The translations under genes were made by a program, and so were the position numbers. A stretch of 40,163 nt of DNA, taken from positions 1 to 40,163 of the forward strand of contig JBHLME010000031.1 in the NCBI GenBank assembly GCA_048938445.1, written 5' to 3'. Below, in pieces: positions 1 to 10,198 of this stretch. The notes beneath the pieces are model-generated. The model searched no databases, was not told the DNA's origin, and was given only the letters and a program-made list of their open reading frames with translations. Source of the DNA: Promethearchaeota archaeon (GTDB lineage Archaea > Asgardarchaeota > Lokiarchaeia > Sigyniarchaeales > SOKP01). Every line of letters begins with the position of its first letter. The stretch's first letter is position 1.

Positions 1-352
1 TTAAGGTTTATAAATAAACTACTAAAATTTGGATAAAAAATGTTACTAATTTTTAGTTATTGAATAAAAATTCAATAGTCATAAATAATATAAAATTGCA
101 TTAAATTGTTTAAAAACAGTAGATCATCTAATTAAAATCAATTAAATTACTAAATAAATTTTTATATTTTTAATTTTATTATTTAGGTAAAATGGTTTAG
201 ATTTTTTTAATTATTGAAGCTTTCTTTTTTTTATAAAAAAAAATGAAAGATAAAAATATTATTAATTTCTGTATTTTAGAGATGTAATTTTTTTAGTGAG
301 AATCAACATTAATTAAATAGAGATTTGAATTAATAGATAGCATGTGAATTAA

Positions 353-3300
353 ATGACCGAAGTTAAAAAAAATAATATTGAACTATATAAAGCAATTTTA
401 AAACAATCCGATAATGGATATATTGTCATAAAAGATAAATTAATCCAGTATGTAAATGAGATTGCCTCAGAAATAATGGATTATCCATTTCAAGAAATGC
501 AGAATTGGACAATAAATGACTTCTTTGGAGTATTTCACCATGATGATGTAAAAATTCTCAAGAAACAAATTACTAAGAAAATGAGCGAAAAAGATTTAGA
601 ACCCTCATATCAAATCCTCAGAATTATTACACAAAAGGAAGCAATAAAATGGCTCGAACTTCATACCAAAACATTTTCATACAATGGAAAATCTGCTATT
701 TTAATCATCTTTTCAAATATAACCGACGAACTTGTTGCACAACATGATATAATTGAGGAACAATTGAATTATAAATTAATTACAGAGAACTTAAATGAAA
801 TGGTTGTTGTTCTAGATGATAGGTTTAGAATTGAGCATGTAAATTACGCGGCAAAAGAAATACTTGGGAATCCTGGAAGTTTATATCCGTTTAAATTTGA
901 AAATCTACAATCATCATCGCTTAATTCTGTTTATGATTTTTTTAAAGGTGTTTTAAAAGAAGACATCTATAGAAAAGAAATGGAACTATTGAAGAAAAAA
1001 GGAACTAATATTTGGGTGGAGATTATAGGAAAAACATTTGTTGGACTTGATGGTAATACAAAAATCCTCGCTATTTTAAGAGATATTTCCGAACAAAAAG
1101 AAGCTGAACAAAAAATACAAGAATCTGAAAGAAAATATCGAGAGTTGTACGATAAATCACCATTTCTAATTTTAATACTAAATAAAGATTGTATAATAGT
1201 TGACATGAATATGAAATTTTCTGAATCCAGCACGTATGATAAAAATAACCTAATAGGTCTTAATTTTACTGAATTTTCAGATTTAATATTCAATAAATAC
1301 ATCCATGTCAAGGAAAAAACATTTCACGATGTTCTTGATGGATCTCCCATTGAACTTGTTGATCTACCTTATATCTTGAAAAGTGGAAAACGATCATGGA
1401 TAAACTTGAAAGCAACTCCTATTAAATTTCAAAATGAGAAATACATCCAAGTAATCATACAAGACATTACAGATAAAAAAGAAATGGAAGAAATGGTAAA
1501 AGATTCACAAGAAAAATTATCAACATTCATGGAGTCTGCTCCAGATGTATTTACCATATGGGATTCCGAGTTGAATTTAATAGAGGTTAATAATACCGGG
1601 GTACATTTCTTTGGAGATCATTTAAAAGAGAATTTAATAGGTAAAAATTTAGTTAATTTAATGCCGTTTAATAAAGAGGAGGATAATCTTAAAGAATATT
1701 TAAAAGTGTTAAAAACGGGTAAGAATTATTTTGAAGATGATGTTCTAATCGATCCAATGGGTAAATTCTATGTAAATCAGAGAGTATTTAAGGTCGGAAA
1801 AGAATTAGGAATGATAATTACCGATATAACAAGCCAAAAATTAGCAGAACAAATCATTAGAGATTCAGAGAAAAAATTTCGAACTCTTTTTGAAAATTCA
1901 CCCTATAGCATTATTATAACAGATGAAAAGGGGCACGTGCTTGATGTTAATTCATATACAGAAAAGATATTCATGGTCTATAAAAGTGAGATTTTAGGAG
2001 AAAGAATTGATGAGATTTTAGAATTACCTGATCATATAAAAAAGTTCATTCAAAATGTAATTAATGAATCGAATCAGGATACTTCACCAATTGAATTTAA
2101 ATTATTTAATCGGGAAGGGGATCCTCTTTGGATAAGAGCGATGTATTCCATAATTGAATTAGAAGAACAAAAATTTTTTCAAATAATCATAGAAGATATT
2201 TCCCAGAGGAAAGAAACTGAAAATGAATTAATTAATTCTGAAGTTAAATATAGGAATTTAGTGAATTCCTCCCCTGATATCATCATCTTAACCGATGTTT
2301 CGGGTGAAATTCTTGATTGTAATGAAAGGTTTACAGAACTTTTAGGTCTTAAAAAAAATGAGTTAATAGGAAGAAAAATTCAAGAAATCGCTCCGTATAA
2401 CATTAAAGAACTCCAAAACCTATTTTCGACGGGTATTTCTGTGAATGATTTTGAAAAGAAATTTGAATCATTTTATAAAAATAAAGATGGTAAGACATAT
2501 TGGTTCAATAATAACGTATTATTGATGAAAATTCATGATGAGTTAAGGATTCAAGTGGCATCACAAGATATCACGAGATTGAAGGAGGCAAATATTATGA
2601 TTGAAGAAGCTAACAAGCAGTTGCAAGAGTTAGATGATTTAAGAAAAAGCTTTACAGAACAAGCAGCACATGAATTGAGAACGCCACTTATTCCTATCTG
2701 CGGATATTCTCAAATATTTTATGAAAATTTTAGTAAAATCATCAAAAATTTAGAAAAGATGACAATATACATGGACCTACTGAATGTTAAAGATATAAAT
2801 TTAAAGGATATGCGAGAATCAATTCATCGAGTAAGCAAACTCCATAACCATCTAAATGAGGATTTACGCTCTATGGAAGATGATTTTGAATATTTTAGAG
2901 CAGGATCTGAAAAATTAAGGCACTTAGCAGAAAGATTATTAAACTTTTCCAGAATAGAGAGCGATAGTTTAGAATTGGATTTTGAAAGTGTAAATGTTCA
3001 TAAAATTCTTAAAGACAGTATATCTTTAATCATTCCTGAAGCAAAAAAACGAAATATAGAAATACTCTACTCTAATTTAGAGGATATTTATATAGATGCT
3101 GATGAGATATCAATCTTTCAAGTCTTTCAAAATTTAATTTCAAATGCTATAAAAAACACCTTTCCTGATGGAAATGTAATCATAGATATTGAAGAAAAGA
3201 ATAGCGAAATCGTTGTTTATGTAAAAGATTCGGGTATAGGCCTTATAAAAGAAGAAATTGATGTAATATTTACAAAATTTGGACGGATAAAAAGAGAAGG

Positions 3301-3445
3301 AGCTATAATTTCTAAAGGATGGGGGATTGGATTATATACTTCAAGTAAGATTATTAAACAGCATGGTGGAAGATTATGGGTAGAATCTAAAGGAAGAAAT
3401 AAAGGGTCCATATTTCATGTCCAATTACCAAAGGTACAACATTAA
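353..3445 (+). CDS. Multi-PAS sensor histidine kinase (about 6 PAS/PAC repeats + HisKA + HATPase), soluble
   Basis: Repeated PAS signatures ending in DIT/DIS followed by ESE-KY/FR linkers. H-box AAHELRTPL, N-box NLISNAIK, G1 DSGIG, G2 GWGIGL. No transmembrane stretch. Confidence 0.95.
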   Translation: MTEVKKNNIELYKAILKQSDNGYIVIKDKLIQYVNEIASEIMDYPFQEMQNWTINDFFGVFHHDDVKILKKQITKKMSEKDLEPSYQILRIITQKEAIKWLELHTKTFSYNGKSAILIIFSNITDELVAQHDIIEEQLNYKLITENLNEMVVVLDDRFRIEHVNYAAKEILGNPGSLYPFKFENLQSSSLNSVYDFFKGVLKEDIYRKEMELLKKKGTNIWVEIIGKTFVGLDGNTKILAILRDISEQKEAEQKIQESERKYRELYDKSPFLILILNKDCIIVDMNMKFSESSTYDKNNLIGLNFTEFSDLIFNKYIHVKEKTFHDVLDGSPIELVDLPYILKSGKRSWINLKATPIKFQNEKYIQVIIQDITDKKEMEEMVKDSQEKLSTFMESAPDVFTIWDSELNLIEVNNTGVHFFGDHLKENLIGKNLVNLMPFNKEEDNLKEYLKVLKTGKNYFEDDVLIDPMGKFYVNQRVFKVGKELGMIITDITSQKLAEQIIRDSEKKFRTLFENSPYSIIITDEKGHVLDVNSYTEKIFMVYKSEILGERIDEILELPDHIKKFIQNVINESNQDTSPIEFKLFNREGDPLWIRAMYSIIELEEQKFFQIIIEDISQRKETENELINSEVKYRNLVNSSPDIIILTDVSGEILDCNERFTELLGLKKNELIGRKIQEIAPYNIKELQNLFSTGISVNDFEKKFESFYKNKDGKTYWFNNNVLLMKIHDELRIQVASQDITRLKEANIMIEEANKQLQELDDLRKSFTEQAAHELRTPLIPICGYSQIFYENFSKIIKNLEKMTIYMDLLNVKDINLKDMRESIHRVSKLHNHLNEDLRSMEDDFEYFRAGSEKLRHLAERLLNFSRIESDSLELDFESVNVHKILKDSISLIIPEAKKRNIEILYSNLEDIYIDADEISIFQVFQNLISNAIKNTFPDGNVIIDIEEKNSEIVVYVKDSGIGLIKEEIDVIFTKFGRIKREGAIISKGWGIGLYTSSKIIKQHGGRLWVESKGRNKGSIFHVQLPKVQH

Positions 3446-3524
3446 AGTAGACTATAAGAGAAGATACAATTGTTTTTTAAATTAAATGTTATATTATATT
3501 AATAGTAATATGAAATAATTCTAG

Positions 3525-4508
3525 GTGGTTTTTATTAAATCTGACGAAAAATCTCTTCTTGAGAAAAAGAAGGAAAAATTAGATGAGAGTATAATTATTG
3601 AAAAAACAGAAGAGATGATTAAATATGAAAAAGAGACGGGAAAATTTGCAATTTGGAAAGGTGAAGTTACTAAAGGATTTATAAAATGGCAAAAAGGAGA
3701 AAAAATCTATGAATATGGAACTGATGTTAGACCTAGAGTTACCACAACATTAGATCCAAAGACAAGAATGATGTGGAATCAATTTGAAGAAGACTTTAAT
3801 TATAAAACCGCTAAACTCATCCGAGATGGTGTAAATTTATTCATAATGGTTAAACTCTTATTGAGAGACTTAGGAAAGGATTTTAGTTATAAAGAAACAA
3901 AATCCTTTATAAAAACAACTATAAATTCATATTTAATAGATAAAGAAAGGATGAATAAAGAATTATTACATGACATCATGGATATATTAAATGCAATAAA
4001 AGGATTTACTTTAATGTCAATTGATGATTATCCTGAAAAAGATTCTGTAGAATACATGCAAAAAGTTATGGAACAAGTGACATTATTAAAAGACAAGATA
4101 GAAACCCATTTTCAAGAGCCAATCAAAGCCATTATTGGTCCGAAGGAATGTGATATACTTGTTATTGATGATTACGAGCCAACAATTGATTTTATAACGA
4201 AATATTTTAAAAAAAGATCGATTACGATTCAAAGTGCTCATTCTGCAGAAAATGCAATGCTAAAACTAAAAAATCTCACTCCTAAACTAATCTTACTTGA
4301 TATAGGATTGCCTGGAATTGATGGTGATGAATTTTGTAGGAATTTGAAAGCTAAACCCTTAACACGAGATATTCCAGTTATATTTATTACTGCCTATACC
4401 AACAATAGCACTAAATCTTTATTAAACGAAACACAAGCAGTTGATTTAATTCAAAAACCTTTTGGAAAAAATGATTTAGATCTTGTATTTAAATATTTAA
4501 AAAAGTAA
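3525..4508 (+). CDS. Response regulator with C-terminal receiver domain and extended N-terminus
   Basis: Receiver motifs ILVIDD, LILLDIGLPGIDG, PVIFITA, KPF. GTG start; directly downstream of the kinase. Confidence 0.9.
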   Translation: MVFIKSDEKSLLEKKKEKLDESIIIEKTEEMIKYEKETGKFAIWKGEVTKGFIKWQKGEKIYEYGTDVRPRVTTTLDPKTRMMWNQFEEDFNYKTAKLIRDGVNLFIMVKLLLRDLGKDFSYKETKSFIKTTINSYLIDKERMNKELLHDIMDILNAIKGFTLMSIDDYPEKDSVEYMQKVMEQVTLLKDKIETHFQEPIKAIIGPKECDILVIDDYEPTIDFITKYFKKRSITIQSAHSAENAMLKLKNLTPKLILLDIGLPGIDGDEFCRNLKAKPLTRDIPVIFITAYTNNSTKSLLNETQAVDLIQKPFGKNDLDLVFKYLKK

Positions 4509-4643
4509 AAGTATAGTAATTTTCAAATTATCAAATTTAAATTTAATAATTCTTGAACTATTAATCCCAAAAGATAATTTTATTTAATTTTAATACTATA
4601 TGATCCTAAATAATAACCTGAGAACTTTTAATATCAAATTATC

Positions 4644-6152
4644 ATGACAAATGAATCTAATAAATCTGAAACAGAAGAAATAAAAAAATCTGCTAAAGCT
4701 ATTGTGTTAAAAGCAGAAGCTTATAAAACTATAATTCTGTATGCGAGCCGATATGCAAATAATGCAATACCCCCAAAAGATTGGAAAGAGATTTATGGAA
4801 TTTTAATAGGTAATTCTGATGATCAAATGATATATGTAAACAAAGCGGAAGCATTAACCTTTGGACATTCAACAGATGTTCAACTAGATGAGAAACATTA
4901 TGGTTTTATCGAACAAATTGAACTTAAATTACTCGAGGAAGGTAAAAAAGATTATATGATTGGTTGGTTTCATTCTCATCCTGGTTTAGGTTTATTTTTT
5001 TCATATATTGATCTCATCAACCAATTAGGATTTCAAGCTAGAAATGATGATTTTATAGGATTAGTATTTGACCATACGTTATTAGGGAAAAAAAAAGAAG
5101 AAGACATAAATGGACATATACTCACAAAATATGATACAGGATTTGAAATCTATCAATTATCTGACGTTAATATGGATATAAACGCTCCACATTTTGATTC
5201 AAATTATCATAAAATGGATTATATTGTTCAAGGTTTAAATAAGTTCTTTTTTGCTAATGTTTTAACAGAATTATCTACGTTAGTCACTGTTGGAAAACCA
5301 TTGGAGTCTGCTTATGGTGAAGATTATTCCTCAAGTCCGAGACGAGAAGATTCTTATTCAATACATCAAGATCAAAAAGATTATATAACCCAAGACATCT
5401 TAACTGAGATTCCAAAATCAGAGGACATGATTTTTAATGTAGATGGTTTTTCTTATGAGGAAACCTATGATAAAAAAGCAAAAAAACTTGATAATGTTAA
5501 ACGAGAAGCTGAAGAATTAATATTTGAAGGAAATAGAGCATTCAAGGAAAGAGATTCTTTTACTGGAGTTGAAAAATTTAAAGAAGGAATTAAATTATAT
5601 AAAAAAATAGATGATTTTGATAGAGTATTAGATTTACTTAATCAAATTTGTGAAAAAACCATACTTAATAATCATTTGAATTTAGCAGAACAATTTGTAG
5701 AAGAACTTCATATTTTAGCAAAAAAAAAGAACCATTTATTTTATAGAGGCAAAGCTAATTATCTTAAAGGATATTTACTGCTAAAAAGTAGTGATGATGC
5801 AGATATAGAGACCGCTTTAAAAATAATTCAAGATGGTGCTGTTGACTATGTGAAAGAGAATGATTATGCTGGAGCAGGAATGTGTTTTCACAAAATAGGT
5901 AATATGTATCATTTGAGATTGAAAAATTTGGAGAGTGCAGTTTTATTCTATAAAGAAGCGATATTAAATTATAATAATGCTATTTTAAGTCAACATCCAT
6001 TAAGAAGATCTCTCTGGAGTAAACCAGAATCGCTCATTCAGAAAATTCTTGAGTTAAGGGATATCGTTTATGGATTATTACCTAAAATAGAAAATTTGAA
6101 ATTAAAACAAAAAGTTCAAACGGACATGAATAACATTAGATATAATTTTTAA
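4644..6152 (+). CDS. MPN+/JAMM metalloprotease (Rpn11/CSN5-like) with C-terminal TPR-like helical region
   Basis: KEIYGILIG ... IGWFHSHPGLGLFFSYID matches E...HxH-x7-S-x2-D. C-terminal half has TPR-like helices (AGMCFHKIGNMY, AVLFYKEA). Confidence 0.85.
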   Translation: MTNESNKSETEEIKKSAKAIVLKAEAYKTIILYASRYANNAIPPKDWKEIYGILIGNSDDQMIYVNKAEALTFGHSTDVQLDEKHYGFIEQIELKLLEEGKKDYMIGWFHSHPGLGLFFSYIDLINQLGFQARNDDFIGLVFDHTLLGKKKEEDINGHILTKYDTGFEIYQLSDVNMDINAPHFDSNYHKMDYIVQGLNKFFFANVLTELSTLVTVGKPLESAYGEDYSSSPRREDSYSIHQDQKDYITQDILTEIPKSEDMIFNVDGFSYEETYDKKAKKLDNVKREAEELIFEGNRAFKERDSFTGVEKFKEGIKLYKKIDDFDRVLDLLNQICEKTILNNHLNLAEQFVEELHILAKKKNHLFYRGKANYLKGYLLLKSSDDADIETALKIIQDGAVDYVKENDYAGAGMCFHKIGNMYHLRLKNLESAVLFYKEAILNYNNAILSQHPLRRSLWSKPESLIQKILELRDIVYGLLPKIENLKLKQKVQTDMNNIRYNF

Positions 6153-6247
6153 CTTTTCTAGTAATAAAATCCTCTATAAAACTAAAAAATTATATTCTAT
6201 CTATCATTAAGTTACTTACTTGTTTTGTATTAATTAAGCTAATAAGT

Positions 6248-7018
6248 GTGATAAATATTCCTCGTAGAAAACAAAAAATTAAATATTCAAGAAAACAAGC
6301 ATGTAAATATCTTGAACCTAAAGGAGATATTTCAAACTGTTTACAACCACTATGTAATTGTGTTGAAAGAGAATTAGTCCTTGGAACGAAAGCTTTTGTA
6401 TGTGAAACTTGTTATTTATACAATCCAAAGAATAATGTCAAAATATCGGATGTCTACGAAGAGAGTAGAAAATTAGCTGAGGCAAGGCTAAAGGAAAGAA
6501 AAATTGAAATAATTGATATCCTCAAGGATGAAGATATAGATTTAAGCATTGATGAATTCGAAGAAGATGAAGGGGAATTACCAACAAAATTTGAAAAGAG
6601 AAAAGCAGACAAGGGCGATATGGAAGATTCTGAGGATTTTGCAGAAATTATCTGTCCATTTTGTGATGAAATAGTGGATGATTTGAGATCTCATATAGAA
6701 AGTTGTGAATTTGCTCCAGAAGATGCAAGTATAGAAGATATCATGCCCTCAAGACCAAAAAAGAAGAAAAAGGGAAAAAAAGCTAGCACCACACCTTCTA
6801 AAAAACCAAAAGAAGGAGAGGAAGAAGGAGGCGCACAAAAATGTCCATATTGTGGTAAAGAATTTCAGAGACTTGGACGTCATCTAAACTCATGTAAAAA
6901 AAAACCTGCTGATGATGAAGAAGAAGAGGAGGAAGACGAGGACGATGAAGAAGAAGAAGAGGAGGATGAGGACGATGATGAGGAAGACGATGATGATGAC
7001 GATTTTGATGAGGATTAA
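6248..7018 (+). CDS. Zinc-finger protein (two C2HC fingers) with poly-Asp/Glu tail
   Basis: CPFC-x9-H-x3-C and CPYC-x9-H-x3-C, Cys-rich N-terminus, basic PKKKKKGKK patch, ~35-residue acidic C-terminus. Confidence 0.75.
   Translation: MINIPRRKQKIKYSRKQACKYLEPKGDISNCLQPLCNCVERELVLGTKAFVCETCYLYNPKNNVKISDVYEESRKLAEARLKERKIEIIDILKDEDIDLSIDEFEEDEGELPTKFEKRKADKGDMEDSEDFAEIICPFCDEIVDDLRSHIESCEFAPEDASIEDIMPSRPKKKKKGKKASTTPSKKPKEGEEEGGAQKCPYCGKEFQRLGRHLNSCKKKPADDEEEEEEDEDDEEEEEEDEDDDEEDDDDDDFDED
6910..7015 (+). repeat. Imperfect (GAN)n coding repeat (acidic tail)
   Basis: Run of gat/gaa/gag/gac codons. Confidence 0.85.
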
Positions 7019-7050
7019 GCAATACAATTATAATTATTAGATTTTATAGT

Positions 7051-7962
7051 ATGAATTCAGAGGATATATATTATTGTAGACCTGTATTTAGACCCCCCTC
7101 AGAAGCTTATAGTCTTTTAATCCAACTTACTGAAGGATGTACCTTCAAATGTGATTTTTGCATGTCTAATTTACGTAAACAATTCATTGTAAGGGAAGTA
7201 AATGAAGTTAAAAGGGACCTTGATATTGCTAGAAGACAATATGGTCCTAATGTCAGACGCCTTTTTTTTTTAGATGGAAACGCAATGGTGACACCTACCG
7301 AAAAGCTTTTAAAAGTAATTCAATATGCTAATAAAGTATTCCCTAACTTAGAGAGATGTGGTGTTTATGCCCATGCTAAAGATATCTTGAAAAAAACAGA
7401 TCAACAATTAAAGGAATTATCTAATACAGGTCTTAAAATAGCATATGTTGGATTTGAATCGGGGTATGACAAATTACTTGAGATGGTTAACAAACATGCC
7501 ACGAAACAAGATTACATAAATGCTTCAAAAAAGCTTTTCAAAGCGAATATTACGCTCTCTGCTACATTGATAAATGGATTAGGGGGTGCGGACAACTTAG
7601 ATCTTTCCGAGTTACACGCAAAAGAATCAGCAGATTTAATTAACAAAATTTGCCCCTCTGATGATAGATTATGGTATATTGCATTTCTAACATTAATGGT
7701 TCCCCAAGGAACAGAAATTTACAAAGAAAAAGAAACTGGTTCTTTTAGAGAAATGAATCAATTAGGCATCTTAAATGAATTAAAGAATTTTATACAAAAC
7801 ATCAATTTCGAAAATAAAAATGCAAATTGCGTATTTCGATCAAATCATGCTTCAAATTATTTACCAATAAAAGGAGTATTAGATAGAGATAAAAAAAAGA
7901 TTTTAGACGTTATAAATTATGGTTTAAATCATCAAGAATCATTAAGACCAGAGTATTATTGA
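7051..7962 (+). CDS. Radical SAM protein (short form, RPPSEA family)
   Basis: FRPPSEA, GCTFKCDFC (CxxxCxxC), FRSNHASNYL. Ends LRPEYY-TGA; next in-frame TAA at 7969-7971. Confidence 0.92.
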   Translation: MNSEDIYYCRPVFRPPSEAYSLLIQLTEGCTFKCDFCMSNLRKQFIVREVNEVKRDLDIARRQYGPNVRRLFFLDGNAMVTPTEKLLKVIQYANKVFPNLERCGVYAHAKDILKKTDQQLKELSNTGLKIAYVGFESGYDKLLEMVNKHATKQDYINASKKLFKANITLSATLINGLGGADNLDLSELHAKESADLINKICPSDDRLWYIAFLTLMVPQGTEIYKEKETGSFREMNQLGILNELKNFIQNINFENKNANCVFRSNHASNYLPIKGVLDRDKKKILDVINYGLNHQESLRPEYY

Positions 7963-8047
7963 GCCTTATAACATTTACATTTAGAAATTGAACTAATACT
8001 TAATAATTAATGTAAGAATTTTTAATTGATTTTGAAAAAAAGTAGAT

Positions 8048-8731
8048 TTATTGTTTTAAAATGATTCTTGCATCTACGCAAATTAATCCTTTTTCATATA
8101 TAAATACAGGATTTAAATCCATTTCATATACTTCTTCATTTTTTACAACAAACTCAGATATTTTCATTAAAGTTTTAACTATAGCATCTATATCTGCCTT
8201 TGGTTTCCCTCTATACCCATCTAATATTGGAAAACCCTTAATTTCATGAATCATCTCCTTAGCATCGTATTCAGTGATTGGCGCGATTCGAAAACTTACA
8301 TCTTCCAAAAGTTCAACAAGAATACCTCCAATACCAAACATCAAGGCGGGACCAAATTGTGGATCAGTAGTCATTCCAATTATCAATTCTGTTATTGGTT
8401 CATCTGCCATTTTTTGAACTGATATTTTCTTCTTCGATTGTGAGGGGATTTTCATTAATTCATCATAAGCTTTTTCCGCTTCCACTTTATCTTTAATATT
8501 TAATTTCACTGCTCCTGAATCGGATTTATGTACCACATCTTCCGCCATGAGCTTAAGTACAACAGGAAATCCAATATCATTTGAAGCTGAAATTGTTTCC
8601 TCCTTAGTTTCTGTTAATTTCTGAGGAGGGACCTCAATGCCTATTTCTTTCAAAAGTTCTTTTGATTCATATTCCGTGAGGATATTTTGGCCTGAATCAA
8701 TTTTATCTTTTAACATATCTGCTATATTCAT
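8048..8731 (-). CDS. acdB: Acetate/acyl-CoA ligase (ADP-forming) beta subunit, ATP-grasp
   Basis: LTEYESKELL, GFPVVLK, VHKSDSGAV, DPQFGP, GIGGILVE, EMDLNP, VDARI. Confidence 0.92.
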   Translation of the reverse strand: MNIADMLKDKIDSGQNILTEYESKELLKEIGIEVPPQKLTETKEETISASNDIGFPVVLKLMAEDVVHKSDSGAVKLNIKDKVEAEKAYDELMKIPSQSKKKISVQKMADEPITELIIGMTTDPQFGPALMFGIGGILVELLEDVSFRIAPITEYDAKEMIHEIKGFPILDGYRGKPKADIDAIVKTLMKISEFVVKNEEVYEMDLNPVFIYEKGLICVDARIILKQ

Positions 8732-8819
8732 TTATAACATTCCTTCAATGGTAGAATTATACTTAAAATAAATCGTAAAAATAATTTAAAATTAATTAAA
8801 AGGAAAAAAAAGGATTATA

Positions 8820-9638
8820 TTATTTTAAAAAATTGATTATTTCTTCATTAACTTCTGGAGCGTTCGAAAAGTAAAATTCATGGCCTAGTTCTTCAAATAT
8901 TTTTAACGTGCTATTAGGCATTTTTTCATGCATTTGTTCTGCTACATATACACCTGCCAACTTATCTTTACTAGCTGCCATTATCAATGTTTCATGTTTT
9001 ATTTGATCGAGTTTGTCAAGACTATCATGTTTTGATCCTGCAACTGCTTGATTCTCGAGGTCTTTTGGTGTTAATGGATTAATTTTTGATTCTTCGATTA
9101 ATTCTTCAACAGAGATAACCCCATGTATTTTTTTTTTCAGATCTGATTCTAATTCCTTTCTAAATTTAATAGTTTGTGTAAATCGAATAAATTTCCAAAA
9201 AGCAGCAGTGGGATCTTCCTTTCTTAGTTCATATAAGTCTTTATATGATTCTAATAAATTAAGTATACCATCACCAGTGTGATTTGAACCAATCATTACT
9301 AATTTATTTAGTCTCTCGGGATATTTTAAAGCGAAATCTTGTGCAATCCAACCACCCATCGATTGACACACAATATTTGCTTTGTTTATATTGAGATAAT
9401 CCATCAATCCCTTTAAATCTTCTACGAGAGTTTCCATGGTATATGGTTCTTCTGGACGACTTGATCCCCCCGAACTCCTAAGATCATAGGTTATTACTTT
9501 AAAATACTCAGATAATGGACCAACTTGCGCAACCCAAGTTTCTTTTTTGTTGGCAAAACCATTGATTAAAATTAATGGAAATCCTTCACCTTTAATTTCA
9601 TAAGAAAGTTTAATATTATTGACTTCAGCTAATGGCAT
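8820..9638 (-). CDS. Alpha/beta fold hydrolase
   Basis: GFPLILINGF, YDLRSSGGS, nucleophile elbow CQSMGG, C-terminal GH. Confidence 0.9.
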   Translation of the reverse strand: MPLAEVNNIKLSYEIKGEGFPLILINGFANKKETWVAQVGPLSEYFKVITYDLRSSGGSSRPEEPYTMETLVEDLKGLMDYLNINKANIVCQSMGGWIAQDFALKYPERLNKLVMIGSNHTGDGILNLLESYKDLYELRKEDPTAAFWKFIRFTQTIKFRKELESDLKKKIHGVISVEELIEESKINPLTPKDLENQAVAGSKHDSLDKLDQIKHETLIMAASKDKLAGVYVAEQMHEKMPNSTLKIFEELGHEFYFSNAPEVNEEIINFLK

Positions 9639-9869
9639 GATTATTGTTTTTAATGTATAATTTTTAGATCATAATTGATTATATCTTTACATCAGTAAAT
9701 ATTATTTTTAAAAGTTTCTTGATTTTTTACGTTTTTTTTAGATTGGTTTGATAATTTAGCGGAGTATTTTTCCATAAAATGATTCAATTCTTAACCACAT
9801 GCATTTAAATAATCTATCGCAAGTATGATTAATAGAAATCCAAGTTAATACAAATAATAGTGATGATGA

Positions 9870-10190
9870 ATGCGCGAAGAGGATTTTAATTCGAAAATGT
9901 TGAAAATTATTAGGGATATCATAAAAAATAATTTACCTCCTCCCTATCCAAAAGATACTCCAAATGGGCAAAGAGCTTGGAGGATCGCCGACACTTCCCT
10001 AACCTTTGCGTCAGAAGGCAGAATCAAAACGGCAATAAGATATATGATCATTGCTTTACGATCAGGTGTTCCAGAACCTGTAAATAGCCATCTGAGATCA
10101 CTTTTAATTAAATTAATTGATGGTCAAATAAAATTCAACATACACTTCAATAAAGAAAAGCGATTATTAAATAAAATTCCAATCGCTTAA
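9870..10190 (+). CDS. Hypothetical protein
   Basis: 106-aa ATG ORF filling the gap, with no stronger overlapping ORF; no motif recognised. Confidence 0.65.
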   Translation: MREEDFNSKMLKIIRDIIKNNLPPPYPKDTPNGQRAWRIADTSLTFASEGRIKTAIRYMIIALRSGVPEPVNSHLRSLLIKLIDGQIKFNIHFNKEKRLLNKIPIA

Positions 10191-10198
10191 TATAAGAT

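Noticed and set aside
6798-7022. His/Pro/Leu-rich minus-strand ORF
   Set aside because: Antisense shadow of the acidic-tail codons.
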